Shown: one piece after another, positions 47,695 to 57,456 of the stretch
Position numbering within the stretch: the first letter of the stretch is position 1
Layout: every line of letters begins with the position of its first letter
Source of the DNA: Bacteroidota bacterium
Lineage (GTDB): Bacteria > Bacteroidota > Bacteroidia > Chitinophagales > Saprospiraceae
DNA length: 64,000 nt
Direction: 5' to 3'
Assembly (NCBI GenBank): GCA_039819485.1
Contig: JBCBRY010000011.1
Location: 37,449 to 101,448, forward strand
Program-made: the position numbers and the translations under genes
The notes under the pieces: model-generated
What the model was told of the DNA's origin: nothing
Databases searched by the model: none
What the model saw: the letters and a program-made list of their open reading frames with translations, nothing else

Positions 47695-48780
47695 ATGAAA
47701 AAAATAAATATCATATACCTGGCGCTGATACCCGTCGTTTTCGGCATTTATTATATCAATAGAAATTATGCCCGGCAGGCGGTTATGTTTTACGGCTTTG
47801 CCGAAAACAAGGAAACCGAGATCAACCACGAGCATCCGGTGGAGGTCAATAAAATATACGTCACCACAGGTGATTTTGTCAATAAAGGTGATTTATTAAT
47901 GGAGGTGACGCATTCCAAGTTTGATTTAAAAATGAATGACCTGTCCCACGAGATTGAAACCATGCGATTGCAAACGGCCGAGCGCAAGGCCGACATCCGC
48001 CGGGACATCAGCCAGTTGGAAAACGAACGCCTGTCCAAAATCGCAGAGGTTGATCTGGGCATCCAGAAATTACAGTCGGAAATTGATTTAAATCGTTCTT
48101 TATTAAAAGATTTAAAAAGTATACAAGTAAAAGAAGGCAACGCAACCACTTCTCCTTCGGAAATTAAACTGGCCAACCTGGAAAAAGAAAAAGAACTGAT
48201 TGTCCAGTCATATGGCCAGCGGATCAAATTATTAAAAGATGAAATGGCGACCGTGGGTGCCCCGCGGGATGTGCAGGTGGAAAAACTGGAGAATGAAAAA
48301 AACTATTATCAGGAAGAGCAGAAAAAAATGTCCATACGGGCCCCCAAAGACGGCCTGATCGGAAACATCCATTGTCTGGAAGGGGAGAATAAATCCTCTT
48401 TTTCTACGCTGGTTACTTTTTATGAAAGAAACCCGACGCTGGTCAAAGGATACGTACACGAAAATTTGATCGTCCATGTAGAAATCGGGGATATTCTGGA
48501 AGTTTCTTCGAGCCTGCACCCAGAGCATAGCCGGCGCGGTAAAGTCACCGGACTTGGTTCGCGGATCGTTGAGATACCAGAACGGCTGCGAAAAATTCCT
48601 GAATTAAAAACTTACGGGCGGGAAGTATTGATTCAGATCCCACCGGATAATCCATTTTTACAAAAAGAAAAAGTGGTGCTTAATTTTCTCAACCCAGTTT
48701 CGATCCGGCCAACTCCCGTTCCCTCTAAAGAAAATAACGGCTTGCAAAATTCCACCACCAAAGAAGCAGTCCTCCAGTGA
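47695..48780 (+). CDS. HlyD-family membrane fusion (periplasmic adaptor) protein
   Basis: N-terminal TM anchor, lipoyl-like half motif (VTTGDFVNKGDLLMEV), long coiled coil, and a beta-barrel-like C-terminus. Confidence 0.7.
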   Translation: MKKINIIYLALIPVVFGIYYINRNYARQAVMFYGFAENKETEINHEHPVEVNKIYVTTGDFVNKGDLLMEVTHSKFDLKMNDLSHEIETMRLQTAERKADIRRDISQLENERLSKIAEVDLGIQKLQSEIDLNRSLLKDLKSIQVKEGNATTSPSEIKLANLEKEKELIVQSYGQRIKLLKDEMATVGAPRDVQVEKLENEKNYYQEEQKKMSIRAPKDGLIGNIHCLEGENKSSFSTLVTFYERNPTLVKGYVHENLIVHVEIGDILEVSSSLHPEHSRRGKVTGLGSRIVEIPERLRKIPELKTYGREVLIQIPPDNPFLQKEKVVLNFLNPVSIRPTPVPSKENNGLQNSTTKEAVLQ

Positions 48781-48860
48781 TGAAAGAAACTATAGTCAGT
48801 AAGTCGGCGGGTATGCGAGTAGGCAAGTATGCTGCTTACTTTTTGGCCACAGCAGGACGG

Positions 48861-48891
48861 CTCTCCCCTTCCGGAGGAGGATGGCGGGAGG
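48861..48891. repeat. Solo copy of a GC-rich CTCTCCC..GGAGG..GGGAGG element
   Basis: CTCTCCCCTTCCGGAGGAGGATGGCGGGAGG resembles each arm of the palindromic element at 51558-51632. It is strongly GC-rich compared with its flanks. Confidence 0.6.
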
Positions 48892-48896
48892 AAAAA

Positions 48897-50159
<1,263 letters not shown>

Positions 50160-50160
50160 A

Positions 50161-50246
50161 CACAGAGACACAGAGACACAGAGACACAGAGACACGGAGA
50201 CACGGAGTGACGCAGCTTGCTATTCCCTGTGTCTCCGTGTCTCTGT
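50161..50246. repeat. Word-repeat hairpin: (CACAGAGA)x4 (CACGGAGA)x2 with an 18-bp perfect stem
   Basis: ACAGAGACACGGAGACAC (50186-50203) is the exact reverse complement of 50229-50246. Arm 2 encodes the last residues and lies next to the stop of the 50220-51977 gene. Confidence 0.9.
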
Positions 50247-51977
50247 ATTTAAAAAAACTTCTTTCCATTTATCCCCGTCTGAATAAATAAAAGCAGCGTC
50301 CTTCGCAGTATTTTTGATTTTTATTTCAGCACCTTTTCCCACCGTTTTAAACTCATATTTTTCTGTTGAATAGTCGCCGGTACCGATGCCGTGCCGCCAC
50401 CACCAACTGCCCCATTCGTGGAATTCCAGTTTGATGGTATTGGCCGAATCGATATTTGCTGAGAGGCCATCGGTAGGTGAGTTCATGTTAAATTGAGCGA
50501 CCTGATAAAACTTTCCGGCCGTATTTTTTTTGGGTAAATATTTCAGGGCACTTTTTAGTGCGAGGTCTTGTCGTGAAAAATCCTTGAACATGGGGATTCC
50601 TTTATAATTTTCGGGGAATGCCAAAATGTATATTTCCGAATTGCTTTGCCATTTAAAATCATTAAATAATCCTTGCATGACCAGCGTGCTGTTTTTCCAA
50701 TAATTATTTATTTTGTTTAAATTAAAAATAGATAAACCAAATAAGCTTACGATGATCAATGCCTGCATTTTTTTATTTATTAGTCGCAAAGAGATTATCA
50801 GAGCGGCGTAAAAAAATAAAGAGGCAAAATATCCATACCTGTCATTCTCTCCATGCAATAACCAAGCAACGTATAGATTGGCAATAGGTGCCAGGGCCAA
50901 AAAAAATAAAAGCCACGAAAAAAAGACTGACTTAATTCTATTGTTTAATTTTTTATGGACAATTAATAAAGAAAAAAGAATGGTGATTCCCGCTGTTAAA
51001 AAAGTGTAAACCGTAATAGGGTTTTCACAAAAAGAAATCAAGGCCTGTTTGGTGCCGTGATCTAATTCTCGCCAGTACAATAAATTTTTGAAAAAATATT
51101 TTAAACAATTGGCAGCCATGTTTTTTAAATCAAAATTCAAATGAACACTTTCTCCATAGTGGCCGACCCAGCCTCCGAGCAATATTTTATTCAATAAAAA
51201 ATAAAAACCAGACAAAATAAAATAAGGAATGCTTGTCAGGAGTTTTGAATGTTTTTCGGATTGGCCAGTTGTTGATGTTGAATTGTTCCAAAAAATAATG
51301 ACGAGCACCATCAGTGGCAGGGCCAATGCCAATTCAAAAGTGAATAACGCCACCAAAAAAAACAAATAACTATAAATCAGTGATAATTTTTTCTCCTGCT
51401 TCAAATATTTAATCAGCAATAAAATAGAAGAAAGCATCATCGCCGTACAAAAAAGAAAATTAAAACAGACTTTCCAGATGACGGTTTCAGCATTGTAGGG
51501 AGACACGAGGAACAGAAGCACGGCAATAAATGCAGGGATAGAAATTTTTTCAAGAGACCTTCCCCCCGGACCCCTCCACAGGGGGAAAATAGGGCGCGGG
51601 GGACTCTCCCTCTGGAGGGGGCCGGGGAGAGGAACTGCTCCACTCAAAAACAAAACCTGCTTCACCAATTGATACCCCAGCCACCCGTTCACCACGTGTA
51701 GCGAAGTGTACACTAAATACCACGGCAATGGACTTGTCCCGAACCATTTATAAAAAAGAAAAAGGAAGAAATTGGTCACCTGATGCAACGCAGGAAAGCC
51801 GAAGCAATGCAGGAAATCCCGGAATGGTGCGCCGTCCAGCCGTTCTTGTAACCCTGTGAAATCTGTCACAAAACCTGACTGCCAGGCCGGGGCATAGAGC
51901 AGATGCACGACGGCCAAAAACACCCCTAAAACGAAGACATTTTCACGGAAACGGTATTTGGTTGAGAAGGAATTCAT
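50220..51977 (-). CDS. Polytopic membrane protein, GT-C-like (PMT_2/ArnT-type) candidate, carrying an in-frame GC-rich insert
   Basis: 585 aa with >10 TM helices. The N-terminal region (LVYTSLHVVNGWLGYQLVKQV) resembles GT-C/TMTC-type transferases. Weak family call. Confidence 0.45.
   Translation of the reverse strand: MNSFSTKYRFRENVFVLGVFLAVVHLLYAPAWQSGFVTDFTGLQERLDGAPFRDFLHCFGFPALHQVTNFFLFLFYKWFGTSPLPWYLVYTSLHVVNGWLGYQLVKQVLFLSGAVPLPGPLQRESPPRPIFPLWRGPGGRSLEKISIPAFIAVLLFLVSPYNAETVIWKVCFNFLFCTAMMLSSILLLIKYLKQEKKLSLIYSYLFFLVALFTFELALALPLMVLVIIFWNNSTSTTGQSEKHSKLLTSIPYFILSGFYFLLNKILLGGWVGHYGESVHLNFDLKNMAANCLKYFFKNLLYWRELDHGTKQALISFCENPITVYTFLTAGITILFSLLIVHKKLNNRIKSVFFSWLLFFLALAPIANLYVAWLLHGENDRYGYFASLFFYAALIISLRLINKKMQALIIVSLFGLSIFNLNKINNYWKNSTLVMQGLFNDFKWQSNSEIYILAFPENYKGIPMFKDFSRQDLALKSALKYLPKKNTAGKFYQVAQFNMNSPTDGLSANIDSANTIKLEFHEWGSWWWRHGIGTGDYSTEKYEFKTVGKGAEIKIKNTAKDAAFIYSDGDKWKEVFLNTETRRHRE
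51558..51632. repeat. GC-rich imperfect palindromic element (two ~29-bp arms, 17-bp spacer) embedded in frame in a CDS
   Basis: CCTTCCCCCCGGACCCCTCCACAGGGGGA (51558-51586) against CTCTCCCTCTGGAGGGGGCCGGGGAGAGG (51604-51632). The arms are ~75-80% reverse-complementary and each has its own small hairpin. Translated as AVPLPGPLQRESPPRPIFPLWRGPGGR. Confidence 0.8.
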
Positions 51978-52115
51978 TGGATTGGTCGCAACTGTTTACT
52001 TTTGCTGGCCTTTGTCCGGACAAGCGGTGTTTACCGTTTGCAAACGCTAACACTGCTGCGGACTGGCAAAGGCAAATAAAAGCAATAAAGCCCAAACGGA
52101 TCGTTTAGCCATCAC

Positions 52116-53573
52116 ATGCGACTGTTAATTACTTCCATAGCTTTCTTTTTATTCCTCGGTACCACTGCGGCCCAGTACCAGGCACAGGCTGCGGTGGATA
52201 GCACTCATCTCATGATCGGTGATCAGTTGCGGTTGCATTTGGAGGTATCCCACCCATCGGGGGCGCAGTTGTTGCCACTGGTACTGAAGAAGCAGGAAGG
52301 CGACGTCATTGAGTTTTTAGCGCAAACCAAATGGGACACTGTTGAACAGGGAAGCACGGTTCGCTTGCGGAAAGACCTGCTGCTGACGGCCTGGGATTCG
52401 GGTTATCATGACGTGCCAGCCCTGCCCATTGTCTTTTTGGCCAATGCGAAAAAAGATACTGTTTTTACCCGAAATATCCCGTTGGAGATCGAGGCACCTG
52501 CTATTGATTCGGTATTGGCGGACATCAAGCCGATTATCGAGGAGCCTATACTTTGGCAGGACTTTATTCCGGAAATAGCAGTGGTCGTTTTGCTGTTGTT
52601 GGCCGTCCTGTTGTGGTTTTTAGCTAAAAAATTCAAGAAGGACAAAGAACTTCCGCCACCTCCGCCTGAGATGATCCCGGTTCATCAAATAGCGTTGGAA
52701 CAACTAAAAAAGTTGGCCGAGAGAAAACTATGGCAGCAAGGGCAGGTGAAAAACTTTCATAGTGAATTGACACATATCATTCGAGTGTACCTGGAGAATC
52801 GCTACACCATTCAAGCATTGGAGCAGACGACACATGAAATACTGGGACAGATGCGGGAGCTTCAAATTGATGGAAAAGTAATGGAACGAACCCGTTCGGT
52901 ACTGCAAACTGCCGACTTGGTCAAATTTGCGAAGGCAGAACCACCCGTAACATTTCACGATCAGGCGATGGTCTATGCAGAAGAATTTATTCATGCGACC
53001 AAGGATTCGGAGGTGACAATTGAAAAACCCATTGCAGTTCGTTCCATTGTCACTGTTGCCGACCCGGAAAACACTGAGGTCAATGCACCTTTAATTGTGA
53101 GCGAAACAACTGAACCGGAGATGGCGAACTTTGGAATGAGGTTAGCCGCCTGGGTATTGGATTACGTTTTTATGTCCATCATGGCGGTGCTCATCATTTA
53201 TGGTATTCCTGCAGCCGTGTTGCTTTTCATGGAACCTCCGGATTGGTTCCTGCAGCTGGTAGGAGTCACGCTCTTGGTTGCCCTTTGGGCCTATTTCGCA
53301 GTAATGGACCATAAAAAAGGAGGTTCTTTGGGGAAGATCCTGATTCGAATTGAAGTCGTTGACTACGATAGAAAAAGGATTTCGCTGGGAAGAGCGAGCC
53401 TTCGCTGTTTAGGTAAATTTATAACCTCTGCCATTTTTGGCATTGGGGACCTGTTGTACTTTACGGACAACAAAAGAAGGCGAACCCTGTCGGACAGGAT
53501 TGCCGGCACGATGGTGGTCAGACGCCGTCCAAAATCCACTAAAAATACTGAACTACTTGATAGTGATCTATAA
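52116..53573 (+). CDS. Fusion protein: BatD-like secreted N-domain, TM + DUF4381-like segment, C-terminal RDD domain
   Basis: Signal peptide, then a TM at IAVVVLLLLAVLLWFLAKKFKK followed by PPPPPEMIPVHQIALEQLKKL (DUF4381-like). The C-terminus (RLAAWVLDYVF...GGSLGKILIRIEVV...LSDRIAGTMVV) is RDD-like. Confidence 0.55.
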   Translation: MRLLITSIAFFLFLGTTAAQYQAQAAVDSTHLMIGDQLRLHLEVSHPSGAQLLPLVLKKQEGDVIEFLAQTKWDTVEQGSTVRLRKDLLLTAWDSGYHDVPALPIVFLANAKKDTVFTRNIPLEIEAPAIDSVLADIKPIIEEPILWQDFIPEIAVVVLLLLAVLLWFLAKKFKKDKELPPPPPEMIPVHQIALEQLKKLAERKLWQQGQVKNFHSELTHIIRVYLENRYTIQALEQTTHEILGQMRELQIDGKVMERTRSVLQTADLVKFAKAEPPVTFHDQAMVYAEEFIHATKDSEVTIEKPIAVRSIVTVADPENTEVNAPLIVSETTEPEMANFGMRLAAWVLDYVFMSIMAVLIIYGIPAAVLLFMEPPDWFLQLVGVTLLVALWAYFAVMDHKKGGSLGKILIRIEVVDYDRKRISLGRASLRCLGKFITSAIFGIGDLLYFTDNKRRRTLSDRIAGTMVVRRRPKSTKNTELLDSDL

Positions 53574-54571
53574 TGTTTGAAAACATCAGCTTTCTACATC
53601 CTTGGTTTTTTCTCCTGCTCTTGCTGCTGCCATTGGTAGCCTATTTCCGCTATCAGCAGCGAGGACGGCACTATGCCAGCCTGACCATGCCAACTCTCCA
53701 GTCGGTGAAAAGTATCGGCTCGTGGAAAGCGTTGTTGCAAAAATGGTTGCCGCTGCTACGGGCGCTTGCGTTTGTCGCCCTCGTCTGCGCCCTTGCCCGT
53801 CCACAACTGACCCTGAAAGAAGAACAAGTCACCGCCGATGGCATCGATATTTTCCTCATCATCGACCTGTCGAGCAGCATGCTGGCGCAGGACTTCAAAC
53901 CCGACCGCCTCGAAGTGAGCAAACGGGTCGCCTCCGAATTTGTCGACAAACGCGCCTATGACCGCATCGGCCTCGCCGTGTTTGCCGGAGAGGCATTTAC
54001 CCAATGTCCCCTCACCACCGATCACAACGTACTCAAGGATTTTATCAGCGATCTCCGCTGCGGCTTGCTGGAAGATGGTACCGCCATCGGCATGGGACTG
54101 GCCACCGCCGTCAACCGCATCAAGGATAGCGAGGCCGAAAGCAAGGTCGTTATCCTGCTCACCGACGGGGTGAACAATGCCGGCTACGTGAAACCACTCA
54201 CTGCCGCTGAAATCGCCAAGGAGTTTGAAGTAAAAGTATATACCATTGGGGTGGGTACCGAAGGGCAGGCACTGGCTCCCACCAGTCGTCGCAGCGACGG
54301 CCGCTACCAGTTCAGCCTCACCCGCGTGGAAATTGACGAAGACCTCCTCACCCAAATCGCTGAAATGACCGGCGGGCAGTATTTCCGAGCCACCAACGAA
54401 GAACGCCTGGAATCGATCTATGCAGAAATCGACCGTTTGGAAAAAACGGAAATTGAAGTGACGACGGTGAAACGGTATAGCGAGGAGTTTTATCGGTTTG
54501 TATGGGTTGGAGTAGTGTTGCTTTTGTTGGAGTTGTTGTTGCGGTTTACGGTGTTGCGGAGCGTGACTTAA
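53573..54571 (+). CDS. batA: VWA domain-containing protein BatA
   Basis: N-terminal FLHPWFFLLLLLLPL, VWA MIDAS (IIDLSSSM), C-terminal TM. Its start overlaps the upstream stop (ATAATG). Confidence 0.85.
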   Translation: MFENISFLHPWFFLLLLLLPLVAYFRYQQRGRHYASLTMPTLQSVKSIGSWKALLQKWLPLLRALAFVALVCALARPQLTLKEEQVTADGIDIFLIIDLSSSMLAQDFKPDRLEVSKRVASEFVDKRAYDRIGLAVFAGEAFTQCPLTTDHNVLKDFISDLRCGLLEDGTAIGMGLATAVNRIKDSEAESKVVILLTDGVNNAGYVKPLTAAEIAKEFEVKVYTIGVGTEGQALAPTSRRSDGRYQFSLTRVEIDEDLLTQIAEMTGGQYFRATNEERLESIYAEIDRLEKTEIEVTTVKRYSEEFYRFVWVGVVLLLLELLLRFTVLRSVT

Positions 54572-54750
54572 AGGCTTTACTTTTTTTCTTCATAAATTGT
54601 TATTTCAAATTTAGCGATAGCGTAACATGAAATGTGTTGAGTGCGCAGTTTTTAACTGCCTGTTTGTTTTCAGTCGGAGACTGATAGGAGTGTCTTGTCC
54701 TTCTACTTTCTTCATCGCATCTTTAGTCATTTAAAAAAACATGAGTATCT

Positions 54751-55884
54751 CTATTTTTCAAGATGTAGATATTGGCCAAGGTAGTCTCTAAAGTTTTTAA
54801 AATATATATCTACGCTATTTTTGTCTGCTTTATTAATAATGCAAATCGAAGGTGGGCTCCAGAAATTTTTTTCTTCTCTGGAAGGCTCTACTTTATTTAA
54901 ATAAATAATTTCATTACTGTTGCTGAAAGAGGCAGAATAGTTTGACGTAATTCCATTTTTTCTGACAATTGAAAAACTGTTTTCAGTAATGATAAATGAC
55001 TCAATATCATCGGTTTTTTTTGATGATTTTTTCTTGTTTGATTTCCATTTTCCAATTAAATTATTTTGATCATAAATGTTGTTTATTTTATTTATTTTGA
55101 AACCTGAGTCGGGCACTGTATATCTTTTTCCTATTATTTGATTGTCTTTAAATCCAATTAATTGAATAGGAGGTACAGACGCCGGAAATTTTAAAAATAA
55201 CTCTCCATCTATTGCTGTACTATCAAGAAACCAATCTCCTATATTCCAACCTTTTGAAATACAATCACGTAACCAGATAAATTTATTTTGCGGAAAAAAT
55301 TCAAATCTACTCTCTGTGTGACAATCATACTTAAAACTCTTTTGATCTACTATTTCAAAGGAGTTTTCAATTAAATGGTCTTCAAGTTTTCTGCAATTGA
55401 TTTTAGGGCGATAACGATTTAATTTTTTAAATACTTTTTTTGAATACAAGAAAATACCGTTGTTAAATTCAGTTATAATTAAACTGTCTCCTTTAATTAT
55501 AAATTGAAATTTTGAAGGGCCCTTTATTTCACCATCAAAAGATAAAGTGTCATGTTTTGTATAAAAAGCTCCGTGGTCAAAATAATTTTTTCCAACATCA
55601 TAAGTATAATTTATTTTTCGTAAAAATGAATCTGTTTTAAATTGTAAATAATCAATGCCGGACGTATTGGTTTTTGTTTGAACTCTTCCACTGGGACTGA
55701 ACGTAGTTGTGCTGGCACTTATCCATTCGCCTTCAATGTTTTCGATTGGTAGTTTTTTTTCTGAAACTTTTTTTTGACCAAGGCTTGATGAGTCTTTCGT
55801 TGAACAAGCAATAAGAATAACTATGCCGAGGAATAGGCAGCATTTGAAAAACGGGTAATTACAATAGATTGTCGCTAAATGCAT
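54751..55884 (-). CDS. Hypothetical lipoprotein in a markedly AT-rich segment
   Basis: 377-aa ORF with a lipobox-like LIACS. No family recognised. Its composition is visibly lower in GC than both neighbours. Confidence 0.5.
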   Translation of the reverse strand: MHLATIYCNYPFFKCCLFLGIVILIACSTKDSSSLGQKKVSEKKLPIENIEGEWISASTTTFSPSGRVQTKTNTSGIDYLQFKTDSFLRKINYTYDVGKNYFDHGAFYTKHDTLSFDGEIKGPSKFQFIIKGDSLIITEFNNGIFLYSKKVFKKLNRYRPKINCRKLEDHLIENSFEIVDQKSFKYDCHTESRFEFFPQNKFIWLRDCISKGWNIGDWFLDSTAIDGELFLKFPASVPPIQLIGFKDNQIIGKRYTVPDSGFKINKINNIYDQNNLIGKWKSNKKKSSKKTDDIESFIITENSFSIVRKNGITSNYSASFSNSNEIIYLNKVEPSREEKNFWSPPSICIINKADKNSVDIYFKNFRDYLGQYLHLEK

Positions 55885-55922
55885 TTTAAAAAAATGATGG
55901 GTAAAAGTTTTACCTTAACCAC

Positions 55923-57137
55923 CTACCACCCCTGAGCCTGATAAGGGTACCGCACCTGATATGCCCGTTTAATCATCGCTAACAGTTTGTCCCGAAGCAC
56001 CTCAATATTTTCCCTATTTATCGCAGAGACAAAGACGTTGTCGTGCTCAAACTGATTTTTTAACCGTGACTGCAATTCCCGTTCGATTTCAATTTTCGTT
56101 TCTGCATCTACGAGGTCGTCGAAATAGCGTTCGCGGTAAAGGTCCATTTTGTTGAAAACAATGAGGGTCGGCTTGGCGGTGACGCCGAGTTCCTTGAGGG
56201 TTTCATTGACGGTCTGAAGATGCTCTTCGTGACGGGGGTGGGCAATGTCGACTACGTGAAGGAGGATGTCGCTCTCACGGACCTCGTCCAGGGTTGATTT
56301 AAAACTTTCGACCAGGTGGTGGGGCAATTTGCGGATGAACCCAACGGTGTCGGAAAGGAGGAAAGGGACTTGTTCCAGCACTACTTTGCGGACGGTGGTG
56401 TCGAGGGTAGCGAAGAGTTTGTTTTCGGCGAAGACTTCCGATTTGCTCAGCAGGTTCATCAGGGTGGACTTGCCGACGTTGGTGTAGCCGACTAGGGCAA
56501 CCCGGATCAACTGCCCGCGGTTTTTGCGGCGGGTGGTAGCCTGCCGGTCGATCTTTTCCAATTGCTTCTTCAGCAAAGAGACCTTGTCACGTACGATCCG
56601 CCGATCCGTCTCGATTTCTTTTTCCCCCGGCCCTCGCATACCGATACCACCCCGCTGCCGTTCCAGGTGGGACCAAAGTCCCCGCAGGCGAGGCAGGAGG
56701 TATTGCAGTTGCGCCAGTTCGACCTGTGTTTTGGCCTGGGCCGTCTGTGCCCGGCGGGCAAAGATGTCGAGGATGAGCGAACTGCGGTCGATGATCTTTA
56801 CTTTCAGGTCTTTTTCCAAAATGGAGACTTGCTTACCTGAAAGGTCATCATCAAAAATGACCATGTTCACATCCTCGTGCTCGTCAATGTATTCTTTTAT
56901 TTCTTGCACCTTCCCCTGGCCGATAAACGTCTTGGGGTGCGGAGCATTTCTTTTTTGGATAAAACGCCGCTGAGCAGCCGCACCGGCTGTATGGGCGAGG
57001 AACTCCAGTTCGTCGAGGTACTCTTGCACCTGCTGCTCCGATTGGCGGTCATGTACGAGGCCGACGAGGATGGCCTGTTCCGTTTCTTCTTTGATTCCTT
57101 TTTTCGTTTGTGCGCTTACATTCCAGTCTTTACTCAT
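55923..57137 (-). CDS. hflX: GTPase HflX
   Basis: HflX N-domain (ILDIFARRAQTAQAKTQVELAQLQYLLPRL) and a G domain (LVGYTNVGKSTLMN, DTVGFI, NKMD). Confidence 0.92.
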   Translation of the reverse strand: MSKDWNVSAQTKKGIKEETEQAILVGLVHDRQSEQQVQEYLDELEFLAHTAGAAAQRRFIQKRNAPHPKTFIGQGKVQEIKEYIDEHEDVNMVIFDDDLSGKQVSILEKDLKVKIIDRSSLILDIFARRAQTAQAKTQVELAQLQYLLPRLRGLWSHLERQRGGIGMRGPGEKEIETDRRIVRDKVSLLKKQLEKIDRQATTRRKNRGQLIRVALVGYTNVGKSTLMNLLSKSEVFAENKLFATLDTTVRKVVLEQVPFLLSDTVGFIRKLPHHLVESFKSTLDEVRESDILLHVVDIAHPRHEEHLQTVNETLKELGVTAKPTLIVFNKMDLYRERYFDDLVDAETKIEIERELQSRLKNQFEHDNVFVSAINRENIEVLRDKLLAMIKRAYQVRYPYQAQGW

Positions 57138-57456
57138 AAAATTTTATGCTTGGGTGGTTTGATGGATAAATGGTTTTGGTGTGATATGGAAGCATGTTTT
57201 TATCGGACACTTTTTGGGCAAATTAAATTGCTTAAGCCAAATACTCAAGATTTCTGAGAGGAAGTGTCTTCGACTCGTATGCTGATCGAGTCCCTGGATT
57301 TGAAAAAGAGAATTAAATCATTTTTCGGTGCAAAGGTTAGAGATTTGAATAAATTCACAAAAGGTCTGAGGATAAGCAGGACAATGTTTTCGATAAAAAA
57401 GTTCCCAGAAAGGACTACGATCAAGTTGCGCATCATTTTGCTCACTGCTCACCGTA

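Noticed and set aside
50161-50208. Tandem repeats as a possible CRISPR array
   Set aside because: The units are 7-8 nt, directly abutting with no spacers, and no cas genes are present. These are microsatellite-like word repeats, and the same is true at 9867-9908 and 25748-25790.
53756-54355. 199-aa minus-strand ORF; other ORFs in 53586-54173 belong to the same case
   Set aside because: These ORFs are antisense or out of frame with respect to batA, which has a clear VWA/MIDAS sequence. This stretch is GC-rich, which suppresses stop codons in alternative frames.
57245-57445. 66-aa minus-strand ORF, and the 95-aa plus-strand ORF at 57264-57551, in the hflX / M23 gap
   Set aside because: Both are AT-rich intergenic translations without motifs, and they overlap each other. 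The plus-strand one runs into the M23 gene in antisense.
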